In this document: piece by piece, positions 25,057 to 38,585 of the stretch | Layout of the letters: the number at the start of each line of letters is the position of its first letter | How positions within the stretch are numbered: the first letter of the stretch is position 1 | Assembly (NCBI GenBank): GCA_051294375.1 | Contig: CM119268.1 | Span: 16,045,528-16,109,527, forward strand | From: Paraspadella gotoi | Taxonomy: Eukaryota; Animalia; Chaetognatha | Direction of reading: 5' to 3' | DNA length: 64,000 bases | Translations under genes and position numbers: made by a program | Notes under the pieces: model-generated | What the model was told of the DNA's origin: nothing | The model's database searches: none | What the model saw: the letters and a program-made list of their open reading frames with translations, nothing else

Positions 25057-28000
25057 GAGAAAGAAAGAAAGAAAGAAAGAAAGTAAAAGAAAAGAAAGAA
25101 AAAGGAAAGAAAGAAAGAGAAAAAAGAAGGAAAGAATTAAAGAATGAAAGAAAGACAGAGAAAGAAGGATGTGAAAAGAAAAAAAAGAAATAGAGAAAGA
25201 AAGAAATAATGAAAGAAAGACAGAACGAAAGAAAGAAATAAATAAAAAGGAAGAAAGAAAGAAAGAGAAAAAGAGAGAAAGAGAGAGAAAGAAAATAGAA
25301 AGAAAGAAATAAAGTGACATCTGTTAATGAAAACCTGAAGAAATCGGAAAGAAACAGAAAAACGAAAATGGATGATAAAAAAAAAAAAAAAAAAGAAAAA
25401 AGAAAGGAAAAAAGGATCGAGGTCGATGCAAAGGGTCAATTAGAGTTTTGCGAGGAAAATTGGAAGACGGAAAGATGAGCAGAAGTCCGATTGGGATTTC
25501 TGATGATAACGACGACGACGACGACGACGACGTCTGGATTTTCAAAAAAACCAGATAAAATTCGATAAAATTCCGATAAATCCATTTTAATTCTTTAGGT
25601 TCTTCAATTTCTATTAAATTTTCAATTTCCGAGCTAATTTTTTTTTTCATTGCTTTGTTATAAAACTTTCGGGTTGATTAAATTTTTTTTTTCTGGCATA
25701 TTTTCTCGCTTGATTCCTTCCTTCCGCAGGCCTTGAAAAAGCGAAAAGAACCTGGTTGCCAGTTTGTATCCTACATAAATTGAAAACTTTCTCCTCCCAT
25801 TTCCTTACCCTACTTCACATCCGCAGCCTTCTTCCCTCACCCTGTCCTCAACACTCCCCCCGCCCCAGCCCCCTCCAAGTCTCCCAAAGGCCCTCCTCCA
25901 TCTTTTCGTCCGACGCACGATTCAACACATCTTCGATTAAACTTTTCACTCGGCAAGTTGGGGGGGCGTCGGGCGGGGGCGTGTTTGTGTTTGGTTCCCC
26001 TTTTTTTTTTTTTTCTTTAATATTTCGTTTCCTTGCTCCTCGGTTGTAATTTTTCACCCAACTGTTCTGACTATTCATTCTTCGACAAGGGATTGGGGTC
26101 TTTGCGTTACACCTACAACTCCTCAGTCGCTAATTGCCGCTTTATCACCATTAGTAAAGGTTATATATGAATTAATGAATTACGGCGTATCGTTCCGAGA
26201 AATTAACAATATTTACTTAGCACTGTGCGCTTGAACTAATCATGCATTTTTTTTTTTCTTGCCAGCCGCTTAGATTTTCTCAACATTTAGACTTCCGATT
26301 GGATCGAAAAATGATAAAAATTCCATAAAACTCTGCCAATGACCGGAGCATAGTGCCAACACATCCACGCATTGACAAACCGCGGTAAAACGAAAAAAGG
26401 AATAGGCTTCTACACGTTGCACCGCTTGGAATTCCGAGATCTTCAGTCATCTTTTCTTGCGTTATTTTAATTTTGCCTTCTACAATTTTTTTTCTTGTTG
26501 CAGCATACGGATTAAGAGATAAAAAGACTTTCAACATAGGTACTAGAAAATTTATGGAATGTCTCACGGATTTGCCCACGCACGAATGAGAACCAGTCTT
26601 CTTTGAAAATCTATATTTAGAACATACTTAGTTGTTTTTACCTTTCCTTATCGATAAAATCTCCTTTTTATTCATTAAATTTTAGCATTCTATTGACTAC
26701 CGGACTCCAATATTCTGCTGCACAATGGTTTTACAGCGGCAATATCACCTATCAAACATTTGCCTTCTGAAGCAAATTTTGAGATCTCTCTTCCTCTTTC
26801 TCTCTCTCCACTGTCTCTCTCTCACTCTCTCTCTCTGATTTTCATCCCTACTCCATCTGCTTCCATCCTCCTCATCCTCCTCATTCTACTCAACTCTTTC
26901 TTACACCATAGAAATGATTTGACATTCTAGAAATGCCAATGTCTAAATAACAATACACCAATCGTCGATATTCTCGTAATCAAAAAATCTTTTTATTGCA
27001 ACTAGTAAGTTAGGAATAATTCAGTTGGAAAAAAAATGAGAAAAAGTGTCAGAAAAAAAATTAAGGAACAAGAAATTTAAAAAAACTCTGAAATTTAAAA
27101 AAAACGGTAAAGGAAGATTCCGAAATCCTTTTTGTTTACTCGATTGCGAAAAAATATATTCCCGTTTTATGCGTGCCATGCAGTTTAGTGTCTACCCCAC
27201 AGTAAATTGTTTGTGGTTTCAGGAAGAATTGTATCTGTCCTCCCTTTTACCGATTGTACTGTGATCGGTTTCTCAGCAAGAGGAGAGCAAGATAAAAGCG
27301 AGCCATTAAAATTGCCCGATGCGGATTGGTTGAGTTTGCTGTTGTTTGTCGTCGTCTGTCCGTTGGTCGTTGTTTTTCGATGATCGACTTCTACGACGAA
27401 TTGCAAAACTCATCGCGCTGCTCGATTTTCGCTGAAAAAAAAACGGAAACAAACGTGAAACTGACCGTTTGAAGAAAATGTTTTTCCCTTTTCGTTCATC
27501 CGCGATGAATCTCAGCCGAGAGCTCTGCAGTCGATTGCCCGTAAACGAAGGCTACGTCATTTACACTTTACGAATTTAGATCAAACTTTACTAATTAATT
27601 TCTTAATAAAAGAACAAACGTGCTAACGTCCTTGCCTTTACATGTATTGCTATTTATAAACAAAAGCGACTTAGTGTTATTTTACGTGTTATAAATTATT
27701 CGATGAAACAATACAGGACAATCCGTTTTTTTTCACCTCATTTTTTTTAAACACAAAACACGAAACAACCTCCAGGGCGCGCCTTTACATTTACTATCTT
27801 CTTTACTTAAAACATCTAATTTTAGTTAGGTTCGCTACTAAAGAAAAGTATCCATCAATAAATGGCGGGAATGTGAACTTATTTTCTTAAGCTTTTAATT
27901 AGTAATCAATATTAAAAAGTGTCTTTCATACAATTGAAACATTCTTTGAAATATCTATACCACTTCATTGATAGGGAAGGCCAGGGGTACTCTGGGAGTG

Positions 28001-31000
28001 AATCACAATGGAGACTGTGCAGAGAGTCTTAATGAATCCTTGCAGGGACCTGCTATGTCATTATTTTAAGACGTGATGGAGGCCTTAAAACCACCAAAGC
28101 CTGTCCAAAGTCAGGCGGCCAAGTCATAGGCTTATTTATCGTTAAATGAATGCATAATTTTTATATTGGTTTGCTACCAACTCTTCATATACATTCATAA
28201 ATTATTTATTAAAAATTCTTTTATATGTTACTATTTATATACAATTTTCTGTTTCATTAGGTTTTTATTATCTTTGTTTTTTTAAATCTAAATCTCAAAA
28301 ACTCATTAATTAGTAGCAGCGTGTCTTCTGGAAATATTCGGAGCACTCTACCGTAATACAACACAAGGTTATACTCACTTCCTGACCTAGTTTTCTAATG
28401 TAAGAATGTAAGAAAATCATTAATCAATAACCTAGAATTTTAATTTCACGTAAAGTTCACCTTATCTCGCCAAAATATTCGATACTAAGAACTCAGCTCT
28501 CTCATCTCTCTCTCTCTCATCTCATCTCTCTCTCTCTCTCTCCTCTCTCTCTCCTCTCTTCTTCTCTCTCTCTCAGACCGCTCGTAAACAACCCGTCCCC
28601 CTACGACCCGTTGTCGCTCATTGTGCATTCAAGTTCACGAGCATTACGAGGAAATTTCGTGAGATTAATCCCCGTGATTAAAGTTTGCTCACCCCTCGGG
28701 ATCGACGGCGCCGAAGCGAAGAAAGAAAAAACGGTTCATGAACATTCGAAAGAAATGAGGAAATCGGGGTCGACACGCCAAGTCCGACGGCTGAAGGCGC
28801 AAGTCTAAGGCGGAGGCGAATGCGACGCGCAAGTTGGAGGCGAATTGCGGACGCGAAGTCAGGAAGCAAGCGCAGAGGCGAAAGCACGGACGCGAATTCG
28901 GAGGCAAATGCGAACGTCAGGGTTTGCAAGGCAGAGTGGGCAAAATGGAGGCCAAATGCAGCAGGCCAACAGTCTGAGGCAAAAGGCTTATGCAGAGGTG
29001 AGGGCAAAGCGCAAGGTGGAGCAAAGAGGTAGGAAAGGGAAACAGAGGCAAAAGGCAAAGGTATACCCGGTAAAGCAGATGCAAAGATCTCTCTCTNNNN
29101 NNNNNNNNNNNNNNNNNNNNNTAAATATTTGTTTCCTTGCTCTCGGTTGTAATTTTTCACCCAACGTTTGATATTATTCTTGATGTCGTTACACCTACAA
29201 CTCCTCAGTCGCTAATTGCCGCTTTTACTATTAGTAAAGGTTATATATGAATTAATAATTACGGCGTATCGTTCGAGAAATTAAATATTTATTAGCATGT
29301 GGTTGAACTAATATGCTTTTTTTTTTTGCAGCCGGATTGTTTTCTAACTTTAGCTCCGATTGGATCGAAAATGATAAAATTCCATAAAACTCTTGCAATG
29401 ACGGAGCATAGTGCAATTTAGTTTACCCCACAGTAGAATTGTTTGTGGTTTCAGAAATTGTATTGTCTCCCTTTTACGATTGTACTGTGATCGGTTCTCA
29501 GAAGAGGGAAGCAAGATAAAAGGAGGCCATTAAAATTGCGTGCGGATTGTTGAGTTGCTGTTGTTGTCGTCGTTGTCGTTGTTTTTCGATGATGATTCTA
29601 ATGCAAACTCATCGCGTGTCGATTTTCTTTGTCAGGAGGAAAAACGTGAAACTGAGTTTGAAAGAAAATGTTTTTCCTTTTCGTTCATCGCGATGAATCT
29701 CAGCGAGAACTCTGAAGTCGATTGCGTAAACGAAGGTACGTATTTACATTTACGAATTTAATCAAACTTTATAATTAATTTCTTATAAAAGACAAACGTG
29801 CTAACGTCCTTGTTTTAATGTATTGTATTTATAAACAAAAGCGAATTAGTGTTATTTACTGTTATAAATAAATTATTCGGATGAAACAATAGAAATCTTT
29901 TTTTTTCACCTCATTTTTTTTTAAACAAAAACGAAACAACCCCAGGGGCGCCTTTACATTTTACTTCTTCTTACTTAAGTATAAAATCTAATTTTAGGTT
30001 AGGGTTTCGCTACTAAGAAAAGTATTACATCAATAAATGGGGAATGTGGACTTATTTTTCTTAAGTTTTAATTAGTAATCAATATTAAAAAGTTATATAT
30101 ACATTCATAAAATTATTTATTAAAAATTCTTTTATGTTATATTTATATACAATTTTTTGTATCATTAGTTTTTATTATTTTTGTTTTTTTATAATCTAAA
30201 TCTAAAAACTATTAATAGTAGAGGGTTGTCTTCTGGAAATATTGGGAGCATCTACGTATACAACACAAGGTTATATCACTTCCTGACCTAGTTTTCTAAA
30301 TGTAAGAATGTAAGAAAATCATTAATAATAACCTAGTAATTTTAATTTCACGTAAAGTTCACCTTATCTCGCCAAAATATTCATACTAAGAACTCTAGCT
30401 CTCTCTCTCTCTCTCTCTCTCTAGGAGAGAGATGGCGTCATCGTTCAGAAATTAAATATTTTATGTAGCATGTGGTTGAACATAATATGTCTTTTTTTTT
30501 TTGCAGCCGGATGTTTTTCATAACTTTAGATCCCGATTTGGATCGAAAAAATAAAATTCCATAAAATCTTGACAATGTAACTGAGCATAGTGCAATTTAG
30601 TTACCCCACAGTAAACTTTGTTTGTTGTTCAGAAATGTATTGTCTCCCTTTAACGATTGTAACTACTGAATCGGTTCTCAGAAGAGGAAGCAAGATAAAA
30701 GGAGGCCATTAAAAAATTATGCGTGCGGATCTGTTGAGGTTGCTGTTGTGTAGTCTTGTCGATTGTTTATCGATGAATGAATCTCATCGAAATGCAAAAA
30801 CATCATCGCGTGTCGATTGTTCCATGGTCAGAGGAAAAACGGAAACTGGTAGTATGAAAGAAAATGTTTTATCCTTTTCGTTCATACGCGGAGAAATCTC
30901 AGCGAGACACTACTGAAGTCTGATTGCGCTAAACGTAAAGGTTACGTGATTACATTGGACGAATTTAATCAAACCTTATAATTAATTTTCTTATAAAAGA

Positions 31001-31195
31001 CAAACCGTGCTAACGGTCCTTGTTGTAATGATTTGTATTATAGAACAAAGCGATATAGTGGTTATTTACTGTTATACATATTATCGGCATCGAAAACAAT
31101 CGAAATCTTTTTTTTTCAACCTCCTATTTTTTTTTAAAACAAAGAACGAAACAACCCCATGAGGCGCCTTTAAACATTTACTTCTTCTTACTTAA

Positions 31196-32126
31196 GGAAA
31201 AGGAACAGTGGGGGTAAATAAGCTGAAAACAAACAGTTATTGACCCTTTAACTTAAGCTGGTTGTCTGATCATATAATTTTTTCTTCTATAATCATTTGG
31301 GAAAAAATAGTAAAAAATTCGATAAAATTCAGTGAGCGTAATTTTCTTAAAAATCGTAAGCAAAAAAAAATCTTTTTTCAAAGTTAAAATTTATTTTTCA
31401 AAAAAGGGTAAGATCTAATTTTAAAAAGATTTTCAGCTTTATCACAAAAAATTATATAAAAAAGAAAACTAGGATATGAAATCATTTAAGGTATTCGACT
31501 GATTATTATTTAAAACTTTCTTCAATGATTCTGTTAATAGTGGATGAAAATAAAAACTTTTTGAAGTAATATAAATAAAATAAGAAGAGAAAGATACACT
31601 GTAACTTTGCTAAAATCTTTTAATTGTTATAATTAGGAATCATATAGTTTAATTATACATTTAAGAGGATGAAATATGAAATATTAATTGAATACATTTA
31701 TTACAGTTTTGTTTCTGTAACGAAATATGAATTAGGTTTGATTTGTCCTGTTTTAAAGTAAATATAAAAAATAAAAAATATTAGTCATTGTAAAAGACCT
31801 ATTGTTCAATGAGCTTAAACCTAAAAATATATACTGCTTTGAGTACAGTAAAAAAATAAAAAAATTGGAAAATTTAGTAAAAAAATACTTTCCTAATGCA
31901 AAAATAAGAATATATGGATTATATAAAATATATTAGTAGCGAGTCAACCTGAAATTTTTTTCCATAAATTATTAAATTTTTATGTTTCCGCTACACATAC
32001 TGAGAGATAGAATTTTTTTGCTACTTTCCCGTGCAAAGAAAAATTAATCGACTATCACGCATTACCAAATTCCTTTGATGAAAGAACCCTTAAAGGCTTA
32101 TGAATATCATTTTTATCACTGGGTCC
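31196..32126. mobile_element. Kolobok-like MITE copy 2 (TTAA-flanked; empty sites visible in paralogous segments)
   Basis: cTTAA|ggaaaaggaacagtggggg...atcactgggtcc|TTAAgt; the body is colinear with 17603-18489. The paralogues have a single TTAA at 27807-27810 and 29975-29978. Confidence 0.8.
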
Positions 32127-32614
32127 TTAAGTAATACAAATCTAATTTTAGGTTAGGTTTCGCTACTAAAGAAAAAGTATTACATCAATAAAGGGGAATG
32201 TAGGACTTATTTTCTTAAGTTTTAATTAGTAAATCAAATATGTAAAAAAGCTTTATATATTACATTCCATAAAATTAATTATTAAAAATCTTCTTATGTT
32301 CATATTTATAACAAATTTTTGTAATCTATTAGTTTTTATATTTGTTTTTATAAAATCTAAATCTAAAAACTTATTAATAGGTAGAGGGTTGTTTCTGGAA
32401 AATATTGAGAGCACTACGTATACAACACAAGGTATAGATCACTTCCTGACCTAAGTTTTCTAAATGTAAGAAATGTAAGAAATCATTAATAATTATTAAC
32501 CTAGGTAAATTTTAAAATCTTCACGTAACAGTTCACCTTAATCTCGCCAAAAAATATTCATAACTAAGAACTCTAGCTCTCTCCTCTCTCTCTCTCCTCT
32601 CTCTCATTCATCTC

Positions 32615-32645
<31 letters not shown>

Positions 32646-32884
32646 ANNNNNNNNNNNNNNNNNNNNNNNNNTCTCTCTCTCTCAGACCGCTCGTGAAACA
32701 ACCCGTCCCCTCGACCCCGTTGTCGCTCATTGTGATTCAAGTCAGATACGAGGAAATTCGTGAGGATTATCCCCCGTGATTAAAGTTTGCTCACCCCTCG
32801 GGATCGACGGCGGCCGAAGCGAAGAAAGAAAAAAGGTCTGGACTTTGGTGAGGGAAAATCGGGGGTCGAAAACGCCAAGTCCGA

Positions 32885-33350
32885 CGGTGAAGGCGAAGGC
32901 TAAGGCGGAGGCGAATGCGGACGCGAAGTTGGAGGCGAATGCGGACGCGAAATCGGAGGCAAATGGGAACGTCAGGTTGAAGGCAGAGGTTAGGGCAAAG
33001 ATGGAGGCAAATGAGAGGCAACAGTCTGAGGCAAAAGGCTTATGCAGAGGTGGAGGCAAAGGCAAAGGTGGAGGCAAAGAGGTAGGGAAAGGCAGAGGCA
33101 AAAGGCAAAGGTATAGGTAAAGGCAGATGCAAAAGTCTCAGGGGTAGGTGGAGGCAAAAGCAAAAGTGCAGATAAAGCCGAAGGCAAAGGCCCCCAAGTC
33201 GAAGACATAGCCAATGGTAGAAGTGAATGCATAGGTAAAGTTGGATGCGAACGCGAGGTCGAAGGCGGAGGCTAATGCAAAGGTGATTGTGAGGCAAAAG
33301 TAAAGGCCGAGGCAAAGGCAAAGGCAAAGGCAAAGGCAAAGGCAAAGGTG
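32885..33350. repeat. Degenerate (AAGGCA)n hexamer repeat block; related copies ~28790-29085 and ~36230-36750
   Basis: Pure (GGCAAA)n at 33311-33346 decays leftwards into 6-nt-periodic variants. Confidence 0.8.
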
Positions 33351-34559
33351 AAGTCGTTGAAATATTATGTGCGTAAAATAAGAGAAGAAAACACAGCAAA
33401 TAAATTGAAAAGTAACAAGTAAACTGCTGTTTTAAAATGAGAATAACTTTTAACAGTTCAAGGGTCGTTATTTCTCCCTAATTTAAATTAATATGATACG
33501 TGTTACCAGTTAAAATTTGATTTAATACGAATTGAAGTATAAACCGATACTGATATATTTTAAACTTCAATAAAATTCTTAAAAGCCCGTTTTTGTGAAA
33601 CCCCACAACAAAAATGACAACTCGCCTTGAGCCAGTATCGCGATTGAGACGGCAGATATACTTTCCGTTGCTTTTGTTGTTGTTATCAACAACAAAAACT
33701 CGAGAAGATAAACGGTTTTTGGAAGGAAACGATAACAAGTCTAAGCGAAGAAAAAGAAAACAGACGAATGGAACGAATAAAAACAAAGGAGAGAGATGGC
33801 GTCATCGTTCAGAAATTAAATATTTTATGTAGCATGTGGTTGAACATAATATGTCTTTTTTTTTTTGCAGCCGGATGTTTTTCATAACTTTAGATCCCGA
33901 TTTGGATCGAAAAAATAAAATTCCATAAAATCTTGACAATGTAACTGAGCATAGTGCAATTTAGTTACCCCACAGTAAACTTTGTTTGTTGTTCAGAAAT
34001 GTATTGTCTCCCTTTAACGATTGTAACTACTGAATCGGTTCTCAGAAGAGGAAGCAAGATAAAAGGAGGCCATTAAAAAATTATGCGTGCGGATCTGTTG
34101 AGGTTGCTGTTGTGTAGTCTTGTCGATTGTTTATCGATGAATGAATCTCATCGAAATGCAAAAACATCATCGCGTGTCGATTGTTCCATGGTCAGAGGAA
34201 AAACGGAAACTGGTAGTATGAAAGAAAATGTTTTATCCTTTTCGTTCATACGCGGAGAAATCTCAGCGAGACACTACTGAAGTCTGATTGCGCTAAACGT
34301 AAAGGTTACGTGATTACATTGGACGAATTTAATCAAACCTTATAATTAATTTTCTTATAAAAGACAAACCGTGCTAACGGTCCTTGTTGTAATGATTTGT
34401 ATTATAGAACAAAGCGATATAGTGGTTATTTACTGTTATACATATTATCGGCATCGAAAACAATCGAAATCTTTTTTTTTCAACCTCCTATTTTTTTTTA
34501 AAACAAAGAACGAAACAACCCCATGAGGCGCCTTTAAACATTTACTTCTTCTTACTTAA

Positions 34560-35490
34560 GGAAAAGGAACAGTGGGGGTAAATAAGCTGAAAACAAACAG
34601 TTATTGACCCTTTAACTTAAGCTGGTTGTCTGATCATATAATTTTTTCTTCTATAATCATTTGGGAAAAAATAGTAAAAAATTCGATAAAATTCAGTGAG
34701 CGTAATTTTCTTAAAAATCGTAAGCAAAAAAAAATCTTTTTTCAAAGTTAAAATTTATTTTTCAAAAAAGGGTAAGATCTAATTTTAAAAAGATTTTCAG
34801 CTTTATCACAAAAAATTATATAAAAAAGAAAACTAGGATATGAAATCATTTAAGGTATTCGACTGATTATTATTTAAAACTTTCTTCAATGATTCTGTTA
34901 ATAGTGGATGAAAATAAAAACTTTTTGAAGTAATATAAATAAAATAAGAAGAGAAAGATACACTGTAACTTTGCTAAAATCTTTTAATTGTTATAATTAG
35001 GAATCATATAGTTTAATTATACATTTAAGAGGATGAAATATGAAATATTAATTGAATACATTTATTACAGTTTTGTTTCTGTAACGAAATATGAATTAGG
35101 TTTGATTTGTCCTGTTTTAAAGTAAATATAAAAAATAAAAAATATTAGTCATTGTAAAAGACCTATTGTTCAATGAGCTTAAACCTAAAAATATATACTG
35201 CTTTGAGTACAGTAAAAAAATAAAAAAATTGGAAAATTTAGTAAAAAAATACTTTCCTAATGCAAAAATAAGAATATATGGATTATATAAAATATATTAG
35301 TAGCGAGTCAACCTGAAATTTTTTTCCATAAATTATTAAATTTTTATGTTTCCGCTACACATACTGAGAGATAGAATTTTTTTGCTACTTTCCCGTGCAA
35401 AGAAAAATTAATCGACTATCACGCATTACCAAATTCCTTTGATGAAAGAACCCTTAAAGGCTTATGAATATCATTTTTATCACTGGGTCC
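34560..35490. mobile_element. Kolobok-like MITE copy 3 (duplicate of 31196-32126)
   Basis: Same sequence at offset 3364, TTAA on both sides. Confidence 0.75.
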
Positions 35491-35978
35491 TTAAGTAATA
35501 CAAATCTAATTTTAGGTTAGGTTTCGCTACTAAAGAAAAAGTATTACATCAATAAAGGGGAATGTAGGACTTATTTTCTTAAGTTTTAATTAGTAAATCA
35601 AATATGTAAAAAAGCTTTATATATTACATTCCATAAAATTAATTATTAAAAATCTTCTTATGTTCATATTTATAACAAATTTTTGTAATCTATTAGTTTT
35701 TATATTTGTTTTTATAAAATCTAAATCTAAAAACTTATTAATAGGTAGAGGGTTGTTTCTGGAAAATATTGAGAGCACTACGTATACAACACAAGGTATA
35801 GATCACTTCCTGACCTAAGTTTTCTAAATGTAAGAAATGTAAGAAATCATTAATAATTATTAACCTAGGTAAATTTTAAAATCTTCACGTAACAGTTCAC
35901 CTTAATCTCGCCAAAAAATATTCATAACTAAGAACTCTAGCTCTCTCCTCTCTCTCTCTCCTCTCTCTCATTCATCTC

Positions 35979-36012
<34 letters not shown>

Positions 36013-37318
36013 TCTCAGAGCCGGTCGTAGAAACAACCCGTCCCCATCGACCACCGGGTTGTCGCTCATTGTGATTCAAGTCAGAATACGAGAAATTCGT
36101 GAGGTATTATCCCCGTTGATTAAAGTTATGCTCCCCCTTGGGAACGATCGGCGGCCGAAAGCGAAGAAAGAAAAAGGTCTGGACCTTTGTGTGAGAGAAA
36201 ATCAGGGGGTCGAAAACGCCAAGTCCCGTACGGTGAAAAAGGCGAAGCTAAGGCGGAAGCGATACGGACGCGAAGTTTGGAGAGCGAATGCGGACAGCGA
36301 AGTCAGAGGCAAAGGCAGCAGGCGAAAGCGGACGCGAAAAATCGAGCAAAATGGAACGCAAGGTTGAGAAGCAGAGGTTATGGGCAAAGATGGAGGAAAA
36401 TGAGAGGTCAACATCGAGGCAAATAGATGCTTATTGCAGAGGTGGAGGCAAAAGGCAAAGGTGGAGGCAAAGAGGTAGGGAAGGCCAAGAAGAGCATAAA
36501 GGCAAGGTATAGGTAAAGGCAGATGCAAAAGTCTCGGGGTAGGTGGAGGCAAAGCAAGAACAGTGCAGATAAAGCCGAAGGCAAGCCCCCAAGTCGAAGA
36601 CATAGCCAATGAAGAAGTGAATGCATAGGGTAAAGTTTATGCGAACGCCGAGGATTCGAAGCCGGAAGGCTAATGCAAAGGTGATTGTGAGGAAAGAAAG
36701 TAAAGGCCGAGGCAAAGGCAAAGGCAAAGCAAAGGCAAAGGCAAAGGCGAAGTCGTTGAAAGAATAATTATGTGCGTAAATAATAAGAAGAAGAAAACAC
36801 AGCAAAATAAATTGAAAGTAAACAAAAGTAAACACATGCTGTTTTAAAAAATGAGAATAACTTTAAGCAAGTTCAAGGGTCGTTATTTCTCTCCCTAATT
36901 AAATTAATATGATGACGATGTATACCAAGTTAAAATTTGATTTAATACGAAATTGAAAAGTATAAACGCGTACTGAAAGATAATTTTAAAACTCAAATAA
37001 AATTCTTAAAAAAGCCCGTTTTGTGAAACCCCAACAACAAAAATACAAATCCGCCTGAGCCAGTATCTAGCGATGAGACGGCAGATATAATTTCCGTGCT
37101 TTTGTTGTTGTTATCAACAAACAAAAACTCGAGAAAGAAAACGGTTTTTGAAGAAACGATACAAGTCTAAAGCCGAGAAAAAGAAAAACAGATGAATGGA
37201 AAGAATTTAAAACCAAGAGTGCAAATAATACGCATGGCGAGACAGAGAGAGAGAGAGAGAGAAGAGAGGAGAGGGGGAGGGAGAAGAGAGAGANNNNNNN
37301 NNNNNNNNNNNNNNNNNN

Positions 37319-37355
<37 letters not shown>

Positions 37356-38375
37356 CTCCAAGCAATAAATCCAAGCGATGGTTTCACGTAAAACATTAAC
37401 AAAAACTGTTGTTTTGGTTTTAAATGTAAAATATTTTTTTTATTTATTACGACGACTTTAAACAACTTTTTTTTTATTTGCAAACGATTGTGGATGACAA
37501 AAATTAAAAACACTTTTCTTGTAAATAATGACGAAAACTTTTTTTCCGCGTAGAATCCAACTGACGTCGAGAGCGAAAGTCTTTTTTTTCTTCCAAGTTC
37601 ACGAAACAAACGAATTCTGCGGCCGAAGGGGAAACGAAGAAAGACCAACCCCGAGCAGTCGACGACGACGACGGCGAAAACGACGACGACGACAACGAAA
37701 ACGACGACGTCAGTGGCGGCGAATAAAACATCGATGATGTCGACGATGAATGGAGCGATGATCACGACGATGAGGACGATGACGACGACGAATTCGTGAC
37801 CAATCCCAGATACGGATCCCTGATTATGTTCTCGCCGCCCCCCCTCTTTTCCCTCTCTGTACAATGAAGTTCGATTATCTGGGGTCACCGACGACGCATC
37901 GGGATTCATGATAAATAAATCCTTGTGTCACCTGACGAGTGAATAACTGCCTCATTGAGTCTGAGTGTGAAAAGTCACCGAGAGAATCTGAAAAGCAAAG
38001 ACGAGTCACAAACCGGTGAAATTTGAATCCCATTTTCTTTTTAAGTTTTAGTTTCACTTCAATTTCAGCCTCTGTAAACCACTTCAGTAATCAACAAAAT
38101 TCAACAACAGCATCGGCTCGAACAGCAGCAGCTTCCGCATCAATCAAATTCCGACAGTTCCGCTTTCTAGAGTTTTTCGAGATCCTCAGAGGGTAAGTTT
38201 CTTTGGAAGATGAAGAGGAGGGGGAAAGGGAAGAGGAGTAGAATGTGGAAGAGGATGAGAGAAGAGGAGGAAAAGCGGGAGCAGGGACACATAAACCAGT
38301 GGCTGTGCCAAATGAGTCGAACTCCTGGTTATTTAAAAATAAATAAATAATAACAAATAATATACTATGGCAACA

Positions 38376-38585
38376 GCCGTGTTACCTGTGATGCTTATTG
38401 GGATGGGGTATCTCACTTTTGGCTTTGGGGGATTCCAACCCTCAGTGATGCTTCCAGTCACGGTCTCGTTTTGCCCACGCAGAGGGAAGTCGTTAGGACT
38501 GTGGATGGAACATAACGCTTGGGATGGTGTGTTCCCCTCTGAGCTAATGGATGGACACGAGGCAGTATGAATATACCGCAACATT
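38376..38585 (+). repeat. ~200-nt GC-richer structured interspersed element, copy 1
   Basis: Clearly homologous to the reverse complement of 59864-60056 (gttRcctgtgatgcYYattgggatggggYatctcact.ttggctttggggg.ttcc...gaggcRgtRtgaa.ataccgc.acat). Confidence 0.75.

Larger units (their letters stand above)
26025..37220. repeat. Multi-copy duplicated segment (versions at ~26025-29096, 29122-30420, 30423-33786, 33787-37220)
   Basis: 30423-32640 and 33787-36005 appear identical at offset 3364 (the same 65-aa ORF is at 30719 and 34083). The other versions are colinear with many 1-nt indels and some large insertions. 25-N gaps lie at 29097, 32647 and 37294. Confidence 0.9.

Noticed and set aside
30719-30916. 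Identical 65-aa ORF present twice (also 34083-34280)
   Set aside because: Product of the duplicated segment; the frame is not preserved in the other two versions.
38069-38192. Possible plus-strand exon (tttcag...|gtaagt), likewise 39761-39853
   Set aside because: Good splice-like words but no homology and no chain of compatible exons; cannot be supported without RNA data.
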